DNA from: Caecitellus pseudoparvulus
Lineage: Eukaryota > Protista > Bigyra: Bicosoecida
Length of the DNA: 64,000 bases
Assembly: GCA_965644315.1 (NCBI GenBank)
Contig: CBFFRQ010000040.1
Coordinates: forward strand, 186,001 to 250,000
Direction: 5' to 3'
Part shown: in pieces, positions 1 through 11,600 of the stretch
How the letters are laid out: each line of letters opens with the position of its first letter
How positions within the stretch are numbered: position 1 is the stretch's first letter
The notes under the pieces: generated by a model
Seen by the model: only the letters and a program-made list of their open reading frames with translations
What the model was told of the DNA's origin: nothing
The model's database searches: none
Made by a program: the position numbers and the translations under genes

Positions 1-486
1 TCAGGTGGGCTGCTTGGGGGTTCTCACGTTGATAGCCAGCCCACGTCAGGCGGGCTGCTGGGAGGTGCTCACGTTGATAGCCAGCCCACGTCAGGCGGGC
101 TGCTGGGAGGCGCTCACGTTGATAGCCAGCCCACGTCAGGCGGGCTGCTGGGAGGCGCTCACGTTGATAGCCAGCCCACGTCAGGCGGGCTGCTGGGAGG
201 CGGTAGTGGTACGCTCACGTCAGGCGGGCTGCTGGGAGGCGGTAGTGGCACGCCCACGTCAGGCGGGCTGCTGGGAGGCGCTCACGTTGATAGCCAGCCC
301 ACGTCAGGCGGGCTGCTGGGAGGCGGTAGTGGTACGCTCACGTCAGGCGGGCTGCTGGGAGGCGCTCACGTTGATAGCCAGCCCGCGTCAGGCGGGCTGC
401 TGGGAGGCGCTCACGTTGATAGCCAGCCCGCGTCAGGCGGGCTGCTGGGAGGCGGTAGTGGTACGCCCGCGTCAGGCGGGCTGCTG
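1..486 (+). repeat. Coding tandem repeat, 12 units of 45 or 39 bp
   Basis: The core TCAGG(C/T)GGGCTGCT starts at 1, 46, 91, 136, 181, 220, 259, 304, 343, 388, 433 and 472. There are two unit types and both lengths are multiples of 3. Confidence 0.95.
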
Positions 487-1125
487 GACGAGGGTACTGA
501 GCTCCTCGCTGGCTCAGGGCGTGGGGATGAAGGGGAAGGCGGGGGCAATGTTGATGTTGTCGTTCACACTCTTCATGGCGGTTTCAGTGCCCAGAGTGGT
601 CAAGTGAGCAGCTCTCAAGGGGCCAGCAGTGATGGAGGCTCGTCGCTTGAGGTTCCTTCGCTGGGCGCTGGAGGACCTGACCTGTCTGAGCATAGTCCCC
701 ACTCATTGACACCCCAGCGACCTTCAAGAGGAGCGTCAAACGCAGGCTCGGGGCTGTTTGGCGCTGGGGGAAGTGGTGGCAGTAATGGGTTGCTGAGTGC
801 AGGTCGCAGCAAGAGCAGCACTGCTGGCTTGGGGCTTTTAGGAGGCAGCAGCAGCCGGGAAACCGCGCAAGGGCGGTCAAGTGGCGAAGGATTGCTGGGC
901 AGAGCCGGGGTGAGGCTTTTCGGAGGCTTCGGTGCGCCATCAGACCCAGGCAGCCTGTTCCGACCAGCGGATCCTGCGCGTTCCGGGTCGGAGGAGCGTC
1001 CAGAAGTTTTGTTCGGGGTTGGGGAATCTGCAGCCGCTGGACCTGGCCTCTCGTTGCGAGAGAGAATGACAGGCCTGCTGTCAAGGGACACTGAGCAGAC
1101 AAACGACATGGCCCACAGAGAGTGA
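1..1125 (+). CDS. 3' part of a Gly/Ser-rich low-complexity protein with SGGLLGG repeats and GLFG/LFG-like motifs (nucleoporin-like); 5' end lies outside the window
   Basis: Frame +1 is open from base 1 to TGA 1123-1125 and includes the listed 604..1125 ORF. It reads SGGLLGGAHVDSQPT / SGGLLGGGSGTLT repeats, then GLFGAGG, RLFGGFG and VLFG. Confidence 0.6.
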   Translation, partial: SGGLLGGSHVDSQPTSGGLLGGAHVDSQPTSGGLLGGAHVDSQPTSGGLLGGAHVDSQPTSGGLLGGGSGTLTSGGLLGGGSGTPTSGGLLGGAHVDSQPTSGGLLGGGSGTLTSGGLLGGAHVDSQPASGGLLGGAHVDSQPASGGLLGGGSGTPASGGLLDEGTELLAGSGRGDEGEGGGNVDVVVHTLHGGFSAQSGQVSSSQGASSDGGSSLEVPSLGAGGPDLSEHSPHSLTPQRPSRGASNAGSGLFGAGGSGGSNGLLSAGRSKSSTAGLGLLGGSSSRETAQGRSSGEGLLGRAGVRLFGGFGAPSDPGSLFRPADPARSGSEERPEVLFGVGESAAAGPGLSLRERMTGLLSRDTEQTNDMAHRE

Positions 1126-1303
1126 ATCAACCGGGCCTCCCACAACATTGGACCAAATGCATGTGACTCTGTGTGGCCTGCTCGAAAGTGACAAGGAAGC
1201 GGTCAGCCCAATTAGCCTGCTTGCATTCAAATTGTGGCAACGCAGAGAACATAACCCACATGTACCAAGGAGGACACCACCCTCCTCGGAAGTAACACTT
1301 AAA

Positions 1304-4300
1304 TTAGGCCCAGCTGGACACTGAGCGCGTCGAGAGAGGCGTGCCGTGCTTGGGCACCAGCCCTGCGTCTCCCGCCTCCATGCCAGCTTCCCGCAGCACT
1401 TGGCGCGTGAAAGCGGCCAGGCGCGGCAGCGCAAACACCTGCGCAAACTCAGCCAGCATGTGGGCATTGTCCGTGACGCAGTTATCGCATGCAATGCCTT
1501 CCAGCACGGCGGTCAAGTCATGGATGCCCAGACGGCAGGCAGCCGCTAGAAGGTCCAGGCAGTTCTCCCCCGTGACGATGCCGCTGTCCCCGGCGTACAC
1601 CCAGTCCAGGACCAGGCGGAAGATGGAAGGGGCAATGTCGTTGATGGTAGCGGCCTTGGCAGTGGCCCGGCGCACGTGTGGCGCGAGGGACGTGCCCAGT
1701 GCCGGCGCACCCGCCCCCTTGGCCCAGCAGGGGGAGGAGCTGACGTCTTGGAAGTCAGAACTGAGCAGGCGCTCAAAGAACTCGTAACGCATCACGACGG
1801 CGGCGTGTGCGAAGAACACCTCCGAGGTGGGGCTCGCGCCGTCCTCCGCCGCCCCACTCACCATCAAGGCGACATCAGGGAACAGCCCCAGTGCTCCACC
1901 CGCCCGCATATCCGCCACCCACTTGCTGGGGGCCGGGGCGATGGTGGTGCTGAGCTCCTTGTGCGTTGGTGGGGCGGGTGGCGTGGCGCCAGCTGGTCCC
2001 TTGCCATCGGCGCCCTTGCGAGTCACATGAAACGCACCAGCCAGCTCTCCCTTCACACGGCCCAGCACAGCATCAGCTTGCTGCGACAGCTGCTGCACTC
2101 GTGAGGACGCAGAGGCGTGCTTGGAGGCACGCTTCACCCGGGACAGCGGCTGTGGGCGCCTGCGCGAGGCAGAGCCAGACGTCGCCGCGGCCTCCATGGC
2201 TGCGACAGTCTGACGCGACTTGGCTGCGAAGAACTCCCGTGCTGCACGGGCCGCCTGCGTCGCCAGCTCCAGCAGCTGCTGCGAGTCCGGGCCGGCGGGG
2301 AGGCCCGTGCCAGAGGACGTGGCGTCATCCTGTCCCCCCGGCATGCTGCCTGCCACAAGCGCCTGAGCCACAAGGCCGGTTAGGCGGGCCAGGCCAAGCC
2401 CTTCTGCCAGCTGGCCCAGCGCGGGCATGTGGTGGGGGGGGCACCGCAGGACGTCTGTGTACAGGTACTCCACCAGGGCTTGCAGCGCCCGGCGGGGGGT
2501 GTGGGGGAACACCAGCACCAGGTGTGTTCGGTCAGCCAGCGGCACAGCAGGTGCGTCGACAGCGGGACTGCCCGGTGAGCAGAAGGCGCTCCCCGCCGCC
2601 GCTGACCCCGGCGCTGCCTGCAGTGCGAACCCCACGCCTGCGCCAGACGCAGCCCCATCGGCGGCGCCGGGATCTTGCGAGCGCAAGGGGCGACCTGAGG
2701 TCGAGCCAGGCGCCAGCGTGTGCCCTTGCAGGCGCAGCACGCCGCCCAGCCAGGACTCGTCAGGGCTCGTGGAGGTGGGCACATCCTGCCATCCAGCCGT
2801 CGCGGCGGCCATGTCCCCACGGGGGATGATCAGCACCTTGACCCGGTGGGAGGGGGTGTCGTGGCCGCCTGAGGGGGGGTGCGCATCCGCTTGACACAGC
2901 TCCCGCAGCAGAGGCACCATGGCCGGGCAACGTGCCGCCAGGATGCCGGCGTGGAAGGGGATGCCACTGCGCCGGGCAAGGGAGCCACTGCTGTCCAGGG
3001 CCAGGGCCAGAGCGTCTGTAGAAGCCGTCAGGGCAGGCTCCGTGAGCAACGCCCGCCAGGCACGCGCAAAGCGGTGGCCACGGGGCTCCGTCACCAACGC
3101 CACGTGGTTCTGGCCACACCCGACGCTGCGCACGGGCAGGCCGGCTTTCTCGCCAAAGCCCGCGACGAAGATGCTGCCGCCGTGCTGCTCCCGCGCCAGC
3201 AGGTCTGCCTTGCGGCCCAGAACACCCCACGCGTTCCACCCGAACGACAGCAGTTGGCCGGAGTCACTCGTGACCATGGTGTAGTTGGCGACGCAGCCGC
3301 TGAAGGCAGCCGCCGCCCGCACGACACACCCAGGCCCCATGCCCGTGCCCTCCATGCGTCGGGGCTGGTAGTAAAAGCGAGCGTCCACGGTGCGGTCACC
3401 CACGTACATGCCCCCCGCAGAGGCACTGCCCGGCCCGCCAGAGCCAGACACCGAGCTGCCCCCCTCCACAGTGGCTGCCGTGGCAGCTGCGGCGGCCTCC
3501 ACAAGGGCCCCTGGCGCAGTCATCTGCGAGTACTCACTGTGGCCAAAGGTCCACACGGCGCCTGACGCGTCCACGATGATGCTGTGGTTGGCGCCAGCGG
3601 CGATGCTGGCTGCCTCGTCGCACCCAGCAGCCGTGTACAGCGGGTCACACCACATGACACGCACGGGGAGCAGGCGGTCTCCGCGCCGCACCTGCCCCAG
3701 CTGCCCCAGGCCGCCGGATCCACAGGCGTAGACCTGGCCGTCTGCCGTCCGCAGGAGGGTGTGGGAGGTGCCACACGCGACGTCCACGATGACGGCATCC
3801 TTGGGCATCATGCGTGTGGACATGCGGCGGAAATAGGGCGTCGTGATACGGTGCTCCTGCCCCAACTGCCCGCGGTCGTTGTACCCCTTGCTCCACGCAC
3901 GCCCCTCGCTGTCCACCACCACTGTGTGGCCATACCCCATGGCCACCTTCACCACAGTCACGCCTGCCTCCACCAACTCGTCAGCCAGCAGTGGCTGGGC
4001 AGTGGGCGTGCGCCGGGCCTGCATGCGCATGATGCCGCGTGCCAGCTGCTCCAGCCCCTCCTCGTCCTCCTCAGGCGCCTGGGCTGGCGCTTCTGCCGCC
4101 TGGCCCCCCTCCTCCCGCTCTGCGGCAATCACCTGGGTCGCGGCCATTCGGTCCATGTACAGCGTCACGGCCTCGTCCTCCACGTCCACGCCGTCGGACA
4201 GGATGTGCCGCCGGTTCTTCGCCGTCATGTACGCAAGGTTGCTCTTCAGCACCAGGCGCCGGAGGCCGGGCCGTTCCCGCAGGCGGCTTGCAAGCCCAGT

Positions 4301-4954
4301 CAGCTGCACCATGCTTTCCATGGCATCCTGCAGTCCCTCCTCCTCGTCGTCTGCCCGGGCACTGCTGCCGCCCGCCTCGGCATCTGCTTCTGCCTTGCTC
4401 TTGAGGGAGGACACGACGAAGCCCACTTCGTACAGGCGACCGTCAGCGACGATGGCGGTGGACAGCGCACCTGCGGCCACCTGGGTGGCGAACAGGTGGG
4501 ACATGGAAGCGATGACAGAGGGCGTGTCCAGGGTGGTGTGCTTGAGGGGTGCACCGCACTGGCCTTCCTTGTTGCGGCCACAAGCCCACACGCGGCCCGA
4601 GCTGTCAAGCCACACGCTGTGCGCTTGGCCAGCGTCACTGTGGGTGATCTCCACAGACCCGAGCGCCGATGTGGAGGCGGTTGGTGAGCGAACAATGCCA
4701 GTCTTGGAGCCTTTCAGGCCCAGGGCGCCGTCACGGGGGCAGCCCCACACAAGCGTCTGCGCGAGGGGCCAGAGGAAAGGCGTGCTGGTTTGGCGTGGTG
4801 GCTTGGCGTGTCGGTTGCTGGCGAGAAGCACCCAGTGCAGGGACAGGAATTCCGTGAAAAGCAGATCAGGCACTGAATCCACAAGCATGATATACAAGCT
4901 TGTTCAGATATCGCTCCTTGTGCCGCCTAGAGAGCCATGGGTACTCACAGACAT
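1304..4954 (-). CDS. RCC1-repeat plus two-BTB/POZ-domain protein (RCBTB-like)
   Basis: RCC1 repeats (AGQAHSVWLDSSGRVWACGRNKEGQCG; CGTSHTLLRTADGQVYACGSGGLGQLG) and BTB motifs (FFAHAAVVMRYEFFERLL; IFRLVLDWVYAG). Probable first exon ATG TCT at 4954-4949, then intron GTGAGT..CGCAG 4948-4757, in frame with TLVWG. Confidence 0.85.
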
Positions 4955-5237
4955 GGCGCAGAACTGTCAAGGATCAGACCAATTTCCGCAGGTACACACA
5001 ACGTCAGCTTGCAGTGCAAGGAGCACAGCGATGCTGGTTGCGCGAAGATTGGTGTCTCGTTCCAAACAGGAGCTTGCAGTGCATTTCTGCGCATGATTCG
5101 GATTTCAGGTTGGTGTCGGGGGGGAGTTTGATTTGCCATGGCCGTCGCCAATGTGTGCCACAATACCCCCCCTGCATTCCCAAGTCCTGGGAGGCACCGG
5201 GTACACCTGCTGCATTCTAGGGCCCTGTGGGCGCAAG

Positions 5238-7090
5238 CTAGGCCAGTCCAAACATGGACATGAGGCCTCGCGAGTAGGCCATGGGCCGCACGGGGGGATG
5301 AGGCACCTCCTTGAACTTCTTGTACGTGGGCTTGCACTCGGCATCCAGGCGCACGATGCCGCCCCAGTTGCCCATCTCGTCGCAGTAGTTGGGCGCCGAG
5401 AACACCGTCACGCACTTGCCGTCGTGCTCGACGAGGTAGCCGTCATCCCGCACCTCATGCGACCGCACCAGCAGCGTCAGCCCGTTCTCCTTCAAGAACT
5501 GCGCTGTGATGTCAGGCCCGAACGACTTGCCCAGGCCGCGCTTGGAGGGCCCGCGCCCCATGAACGGCTGTGGGTCGGTCCACAGCAAGTCGTTGAACAG
5601 GCTGCCCTCGGGCGGCTCCTGGAACCTGTCGATGCCCCGGATCTCGTCTAGCGTGTGACCGTCCGTGGAAGGCAGGCCGCCGTGCACCACCAGCACCTTG
5701 CCACCCACCACGTGCGCCAAGGGCAGGCTCTGGAAGGCCTCTGTGAAGGCGGCCATGAACTTGCCCTCCAGCTTGTGCGCCACCTCGCCCTCGAAGCCGT
5801 ACATCTTGTTCATGTTCACCGTCTCATGGTTTCCCTGTGGCGTGTGCAGTGGCGCAGTGCATGTGCAGGGCGGGGGCGGGCACACGTGTAACGCAGCGGT
5901 GCGGCACGCACTCGGTTCAGGAACATGGCGGAAGGCGCCGCCAGCTTCCACATGAAGAGGGTCAGCACGTTCTCCACCCCGAACGACCCACGGTCCACGA
6001 AGTCGCCGTTGAACAGGTACGGGTTGTCCACGCTGGGCAGGCCGTTGATCTCGAAGATGTTCAGCAGGTCGTAGTACTGCCCATGCGTGTCCCCGCAGAT
6101 GTTGAAGCGCGGCCCCTCCTCCTCCCCCTCCTCCCCTGCCTGGGCGGTGTCGGCACTCGCGGGTGCTGCGGGGGGCTGCACGTCCACCAGTGTGGGCAGT
6201 GCCCGCAGTGCCTTGCGCACATCGGCCAGGATGCGGGCGACGTAGCGCTTGGGCAGCATCTTCTGCTTTTTGAACAGCTGCATGGCCTCCTTCACGAAGT
6301 CCACGCTGAGGGAGTTATCGTCACTCCACGTTGGGCCGTCATACCCCTCGGGCAGTGCCATGCTGCGCCAGTCCAGGCTGCCCCCAGACGACGCAGCTTC
6401 ACTGGCAGCACTGGCGCCTGCGATGGCCTTGGCGAATGCCTCCTGCCGGATGATGCGGTTGCACTCCTCCAGCTTTGCGCGTGCGTCGCGGCTCTGGGGC
6501 CGGGCCTTGGCGACAGCATAGAACGCGGATTTCGCCTCTGCATGGCGCCCCAGAGCCAGCAAGGCAGAGCCCTTGCGGTAGTAGCCCTGCGTGCAAGTGC
6601 GCGGCGCGGGTGCAGGCGGGCTGAAGCGCGTCCCTGCAGCGCTGGGCCCGCTTGCAAGGGCCTCGTGAGTGCGGAAGTTGGACCATGGCTTGCACTCACC
6701 TTCATGTACGTTTCATCCAGCGCGAGGGCTTCGTCTGCATCCTCGATGGCCGTTCCGAAGTTCTCGATTTTCAGGTTCGCAAATGCGCGGTTGCCTGAGC
6801 GAGGAAGTGGAAGCGTGTGCGCGGCAGTGACCAGCGCAGGCGTGCCGGGCGTGATGCCTACCAAACAGGGCTGCCGTGGGGTTCAATGCGATGGCCTCCG
6901 TGTACGCCTCGATGGCCATGCGGAACTTCTTCTCCTTGAAGAATGCATTGCCTTTGTCCTTCAGCTCCAGGGACCGCGTGACTTCAGCTGGCGTGGCGGC
7001 AGCTGTACCCTCAGCTGCCGCAGCGGCAGCAGCGGACGCTGGCGCTGGCTCAGCCTTGGTCTCACTGGGAGCAGCAGTTGCGTCAGCCAT
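5238..7090 (-). CDS. PPP5C: Serine/threonine protein phosphatase 5 (TPR plus PPP catalytic domain), 4 exons
   Basis: TPR LKDKGNAFFKEKKFRMAIEAYTEAIALNP, plus GDTHGQ, GDFVDRG, spliced LNRGNHE, SAPNYC and the C-terminal VPHPPVRPMAYS. GT-AG introns at 6861-6795, 6699-6587 and 5911-5835 restore the frame. Confidence 0.97.
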
Positions 7091-7416
7091 GGCGGTGCAG
7101 AGTGGGCACACTGAGCACAGCCAGGGCGCAGGGCACAGGGGCAGCTGGCAGGGCGGTGGGTGTCGGAATGTGCCGTGGGAGGTGACCTTGCATTTTCCTC
7201 CCGTGCGTTTCACGCATCAGCCTCCAGCCCAACGCATGCCCTGGCCGCAAATGCAGTCATGCCTGCCCGGCACATTGCAGACTCGATCCCCCTGTGTCAG
7301 ACACGAGTTGAACCCTTCTGGCCTGTGCACTGTGCCCCTGCAGCCGCTCCACTTGCTGCCGAGCAGTGTCGAAGCGCGGCAACGCTGGCGCCTGAACCTG
7401 CAGCCACTACACAAGC

Positions 7417-8297
7417 ATGGCCGCCGGCGCACCACACGGGGAGGATGAGGAGGTGTTCACCCTGCTGGAGATCGAAGATGTGTTCGTGTTCAAGATGCCC
7501 GCCACCAGCTCCGCAGCAGGCTACCGTGCCGCTGACATGAAGGAGCAGGTGTGGGACGGCACGCTGAAGATCATGCAAAAAGGCCAGCGAGCCGCCATCC
7601 AGCTCATCGGCAGGGACGGCAAGCTGTTCTGCCTGGCGCCTGTGACGGCTGACGGACCGCCTGCATACGAGCCAGTGTCAGACAGCAGCAGGTACTTTGT
7701 CCTGCGCATTGCCAATGCGGCAGGTATGTCTGCACGCGCGCCTGCTGTGTGGACAAGTGCACTGCACCATTGCCACGCCGTGCTCGTTGCAGGCCGCCAC
7801 GCCTTTGTGGGCCTGGCATTCCAGGAGCGAGCACATGCATTTGACTTCAAGTCCACTCTTGCTGATTTCGAACAGTGCGTACTGGGCCCCGGCCCTGCCC
7901 CGGTGTGCCGCAACCTCGCTGGCTTCAGGCAGGTGCTTCTCTCTCCTCGCCTGGCAGGGAACTCAAGCTCCAGGCCAGCGGCAAGTCCCGCCTCCAGGTG
8001 GAAGACAAGAAAATCGAGTCCTTGGAGGAAGGGCAGACCATCAAGCTGAGCATCGGCAGCACCGGGGGGCGCAGCAAGCGGGCGCCGCGCTCGAAACGCA
8101 CAACAGGCGGGCTGAGGGCGCCAGGGGGCGGGCTCAAGCCGCCCCCCTCCACCCACTCCTCCACACCTTCTGCCACAGCTGCTCCTCAGGAGGACACGTC
8201 AGACCCGTTTGCCTCCTTCGGCGCAGCGCCCACCCCAGCTCCCGCGTCTGCGCCGGCACCAGCTGGCTTTGACGATGACCCCTTCGCTGGGCTGTGA
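7417..8297 (+). CDS. NECAP: NECAP (adaptin ear-binding coat-associated protein; PHear domain)
   Basis: VFVFKMP..GYRAAD..WDGTL..YEPVSDSSRYFVLRI..GRHAFVGLAFQERAHAFDF, then EGQTIKLSI. Introns at 7724-7792 and 7875-7957. Confidence 0.92.
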
Positions 8298-8663
8298 GGG
8301 GGCGAAATGCAAACTGCAGCCACAGCCATGGCGCCATCCCATGTTGTTCTTGAGCACATGGCGAGTACAGTTTGCTCCAGCTTTGGCGGGGCAAGGACTC
8401 GCAGGTCTGATGCACCATCCTCCAAGTTCGCTTCATGTGGCCCCGCGCAAAACACAGCCAGCGCCATCACATGCACCCATCAGAGAAGGCACATCGTGTG
8501 ATTGTTTGGCACTGCAGTACCGCCTTGCATCGCCCTCAAGCGCAGCGCCCACGCGCAGCGACGCAGAGGCGGAGTGCGGGAGCACTGCCGCTGCCGCCTC
8601 GGGCGGTGACGTGAACGCCGGGTGCCCTGCCTCCCTGCACCAGCCGCCCAACCAGCCACCCCC

Positions 8664-11600
8664 ATGGCTGCCCTCCTCGGCAACGATGACGTGCACATCT
8701 CAAGCATCGAGAGGGTGCTGAAGACGGGCCGTGACGCCCTCTTTGGTGTGCGTGTCTCCGTCGCCGCGACCCACACTGCCTGCACACACACGAGCTGTTC
8801 TCCCGCCGCCGGCACAGGTCCTGTACCTGGCAGCCAAGGACACAAAGAGCAGTCGCTCCACTCAGGTGTGTGTGCTGTGCGCAGTCTTTGCGTGGGGGCG
8901 GTGCAATCGCCTGCGCGAGGCAGCTGGCCGGCGTTTCGCCTCTGCAGCAACGCCCCGCTTTGCCTCTCCCGTGCAACCGCTGCCATGCTCCCCCACCCTG
9001 CACGCGCCCTGTCGCCTCTTCAGATCGTGCTGCAAGTCATCAATTTCATGCAGATGCTGGTGTTCCCACTGTGCGTGCGCGTGCCGTCAACTCGAGAGCG
9101 TTCCGTGCGTCACTCGCTTCCACCTCCCTGCAGATCCACCATCTTGAGGGACGACGTCGCGCCGGATGCCCCTGCTCGTGAGTGCAACATGCCCCCCTCT
9201 TCCCAACTTGTGGGCACCGTCGCGCCCCCCGCCTGCACGCTCCTCGCCCCGACGCCGCAGAGACGGGCATCCGAGAAATCGCCGACGTGTTTGCCATTCT
9301 GAATGCAGGAAGCCTGGACCGCTTCGTGGGCTTCGACTGGTACCTGGTGCTGTTCGTGGTGGCCATCACCTGGGTGACCTTTTACGTCGGCATGATCGTG
9401 GACGTCGGCGTGCGCTACGTGCAGAACGCAACGCAGCGGCCGTGGATCTTGAAAACCCTGCGAAACGTCGCGCTGCTGTCCTCCACCATTCTGTTCGTGC
9501 CCCTGCAGGGGCTGCTGCTGCGCTGGCTGAACTGCCAGGGGCTGCGCTTGGTGGACAATTCCTGCTTTGGCGGCATCCACATCATCGTCACGCTGCCGGT
9601 ACTGGTGGTGTCGCCCATGTTCGTGGCGTTGTCGTTGTTCATCTCCTCCGTCTTCCTGACGCGCGACCCGCTCTCCTCCCAGCTCTCTGCTCGAGTGCAC
9701 GGGCGAGCCGAGGCAGCCATGCTCATGGCCAAGGTGATGTTGGTGTTGATTTTCTCCGTCTTGCAGCGGTTCCTGCCCCCCATCATCCTCCTCCTGCTTC
9801 TGCTGCCCACCGGCATCGCCTGGGTCGGCCTCTTCATCACGCAGCAACCGTACATGCAGCCCATCATGAACGACCTGCGCACGGCCCTGGGCGCGGCGTT
9901 CCTGTGGACCACCATCGTTGTCGGCATCGCCATGGCAGCGGGCAGCTTGGACGTGGGCCCACTCACCATCGCCGGCCTGCCGCTCTCCGCGGGTGTGGGC
10001 TGGTTCGCCAGCATGACGTACCGATCCCAGGTCGTGCGCACGCCCCTGCACGAGCTGTCCACGGCCGACGCCATTGACATGTGGGCTCGTGAGCGTGTGC
10101 AGCTGTGTGCCAGCGTGCAGGCGGACCGGCGGTGGATGGCGCTGTTCCGCAGCCGCCGTGGGCACAGTCACGGCAGCGGCGGCAAGTCACGCCACCGGTC
10201 CGCCTCCTCCTCTGCTGTGGGCGGCGCAGGCAGCGGTGTGCGCTCCTCCATGCTGGGAGGCGGTGGGGCTGGGCGGTCGGGCCTGTCAGCCAGTGCCGCC
10301 GGTGCCAGTGGCATGATGGCTAGCGGTGTGGACTCATCCACAGTCATGGGTTTGCAGGGGTTCGGACAAGGCCGGGGGGGAGCAGGCAGCACCTTCGTGG
10401 GGGGCGCACTGGACTCCTACAACATGTTCGCCCGTGGTGGCCTCGCCAGTGACACGGCTGGCTCCCTCGTGCGAGCAGGGGGTGCTGCGGACATTCGCGC
10501 CGTGGCGGCTCGCCTCATCTCCCAGGCTGAGATGGGGTACCGCATGGCCATGGACCGCCACCCCACGTCTGGCCTCGCACAAGTGGCCGCCGCCACCTTC
10601 TTCCAGCGCTGGCACTCGTCGCGGTTCCTGGAGCTGCAGGCGTTGTCCGAGGCTCGGCGTGTCGCAGGCACGTCGCTGGACGTGCGTTTCTTCGTGTACC
10701 AGCGCAGCCGGGCCCTGCGCGAGGAGAAGAACACACAGAGCGGAGACGTCACGGACGGCATGAGCCCCATCGACCGCGTGCTGTACGAGCAGCACTGGAA
10801 GGACGCCGTGGACGCTGAGCTGTCCTGCTACAAGGCGCAGGTGAAGGTGTGGGACATCCTCATGGGGCCCTCACCCGACCTGTCGGAGCTGCAGACACTG
10901 GGCAACACGCTGCGCCGGGGCCTGTCCCTGGCCCAGAAGCACTACCGCGCCATGCTGCGTCTGAACGGCGAGAGCGTGAAGGTGCTGAAGGCGTATGCGA
11001 CGTTCCTGTCCAAGCTCATGAACGACGAGAGCAAGGCGGCTGAGTTCTTCAACAAGGTCACGACGCTGGAGAAGGCCAACTCGCGGCACAAGACGCGTGT
11101 TCTGGAACACCTCGTGTGGGGCGCAGAGGCCCCCGACGTGCACTTTGAGCACGAGCAGGCGGCAGTGCTGACGGTGTCGGCAGAGGAGCGTTTCTTGGGC
11201 GAGATCCAGTCGGTGAATTCCGTCGCCTGCCGTGTGTTCGGGCGCCCCCGCCTGGACATGCTGGGGCGCAACATCGCCATCACCATGCCGCCGCCCGTGT
11301 GCCACGTGCACACCAAGTACCTGCAAAAGTTCGTGCGCACGGGGCGGGGTCACTTCATTTCCTCCACGCGGTACACGCTGGCCGTGAACGCAAACGGGCA
11401 CTTGATGCCTGTGCGCTCGACGTTCCACGAGGCGCCGCCCGACGAGAGCGACGCTCGCCCTCGCCTGCTGGCCATGATTGAGCCCATGGAGACGGAGGAG
11501 GAGTATGTCATTTTCTCAGGTGCGGAAAAAGAGTTCCGCATCCTGGCAGCTTCGTCTGGCACACACCTCGCTTACGGCACCAGCTCCGAGCTGCTGTCCA

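Noticed and set aside
1-486. CRISPR-like repeat-spacer appearance of the 5' array
   Set aside because: The spacers are only two recurring sequences rather than unique ones, unit lengths are multiples of 3 within an open frame, the context is eukaryotic, and there are no cas genes.
5-607. Listed ORF with PRQAGCWEALTLIAS repeats
   Set aside because: It is an alternative frame of the repeat. Frame +1 is continuous with the downstream ORF to 1125 and is more plausible.
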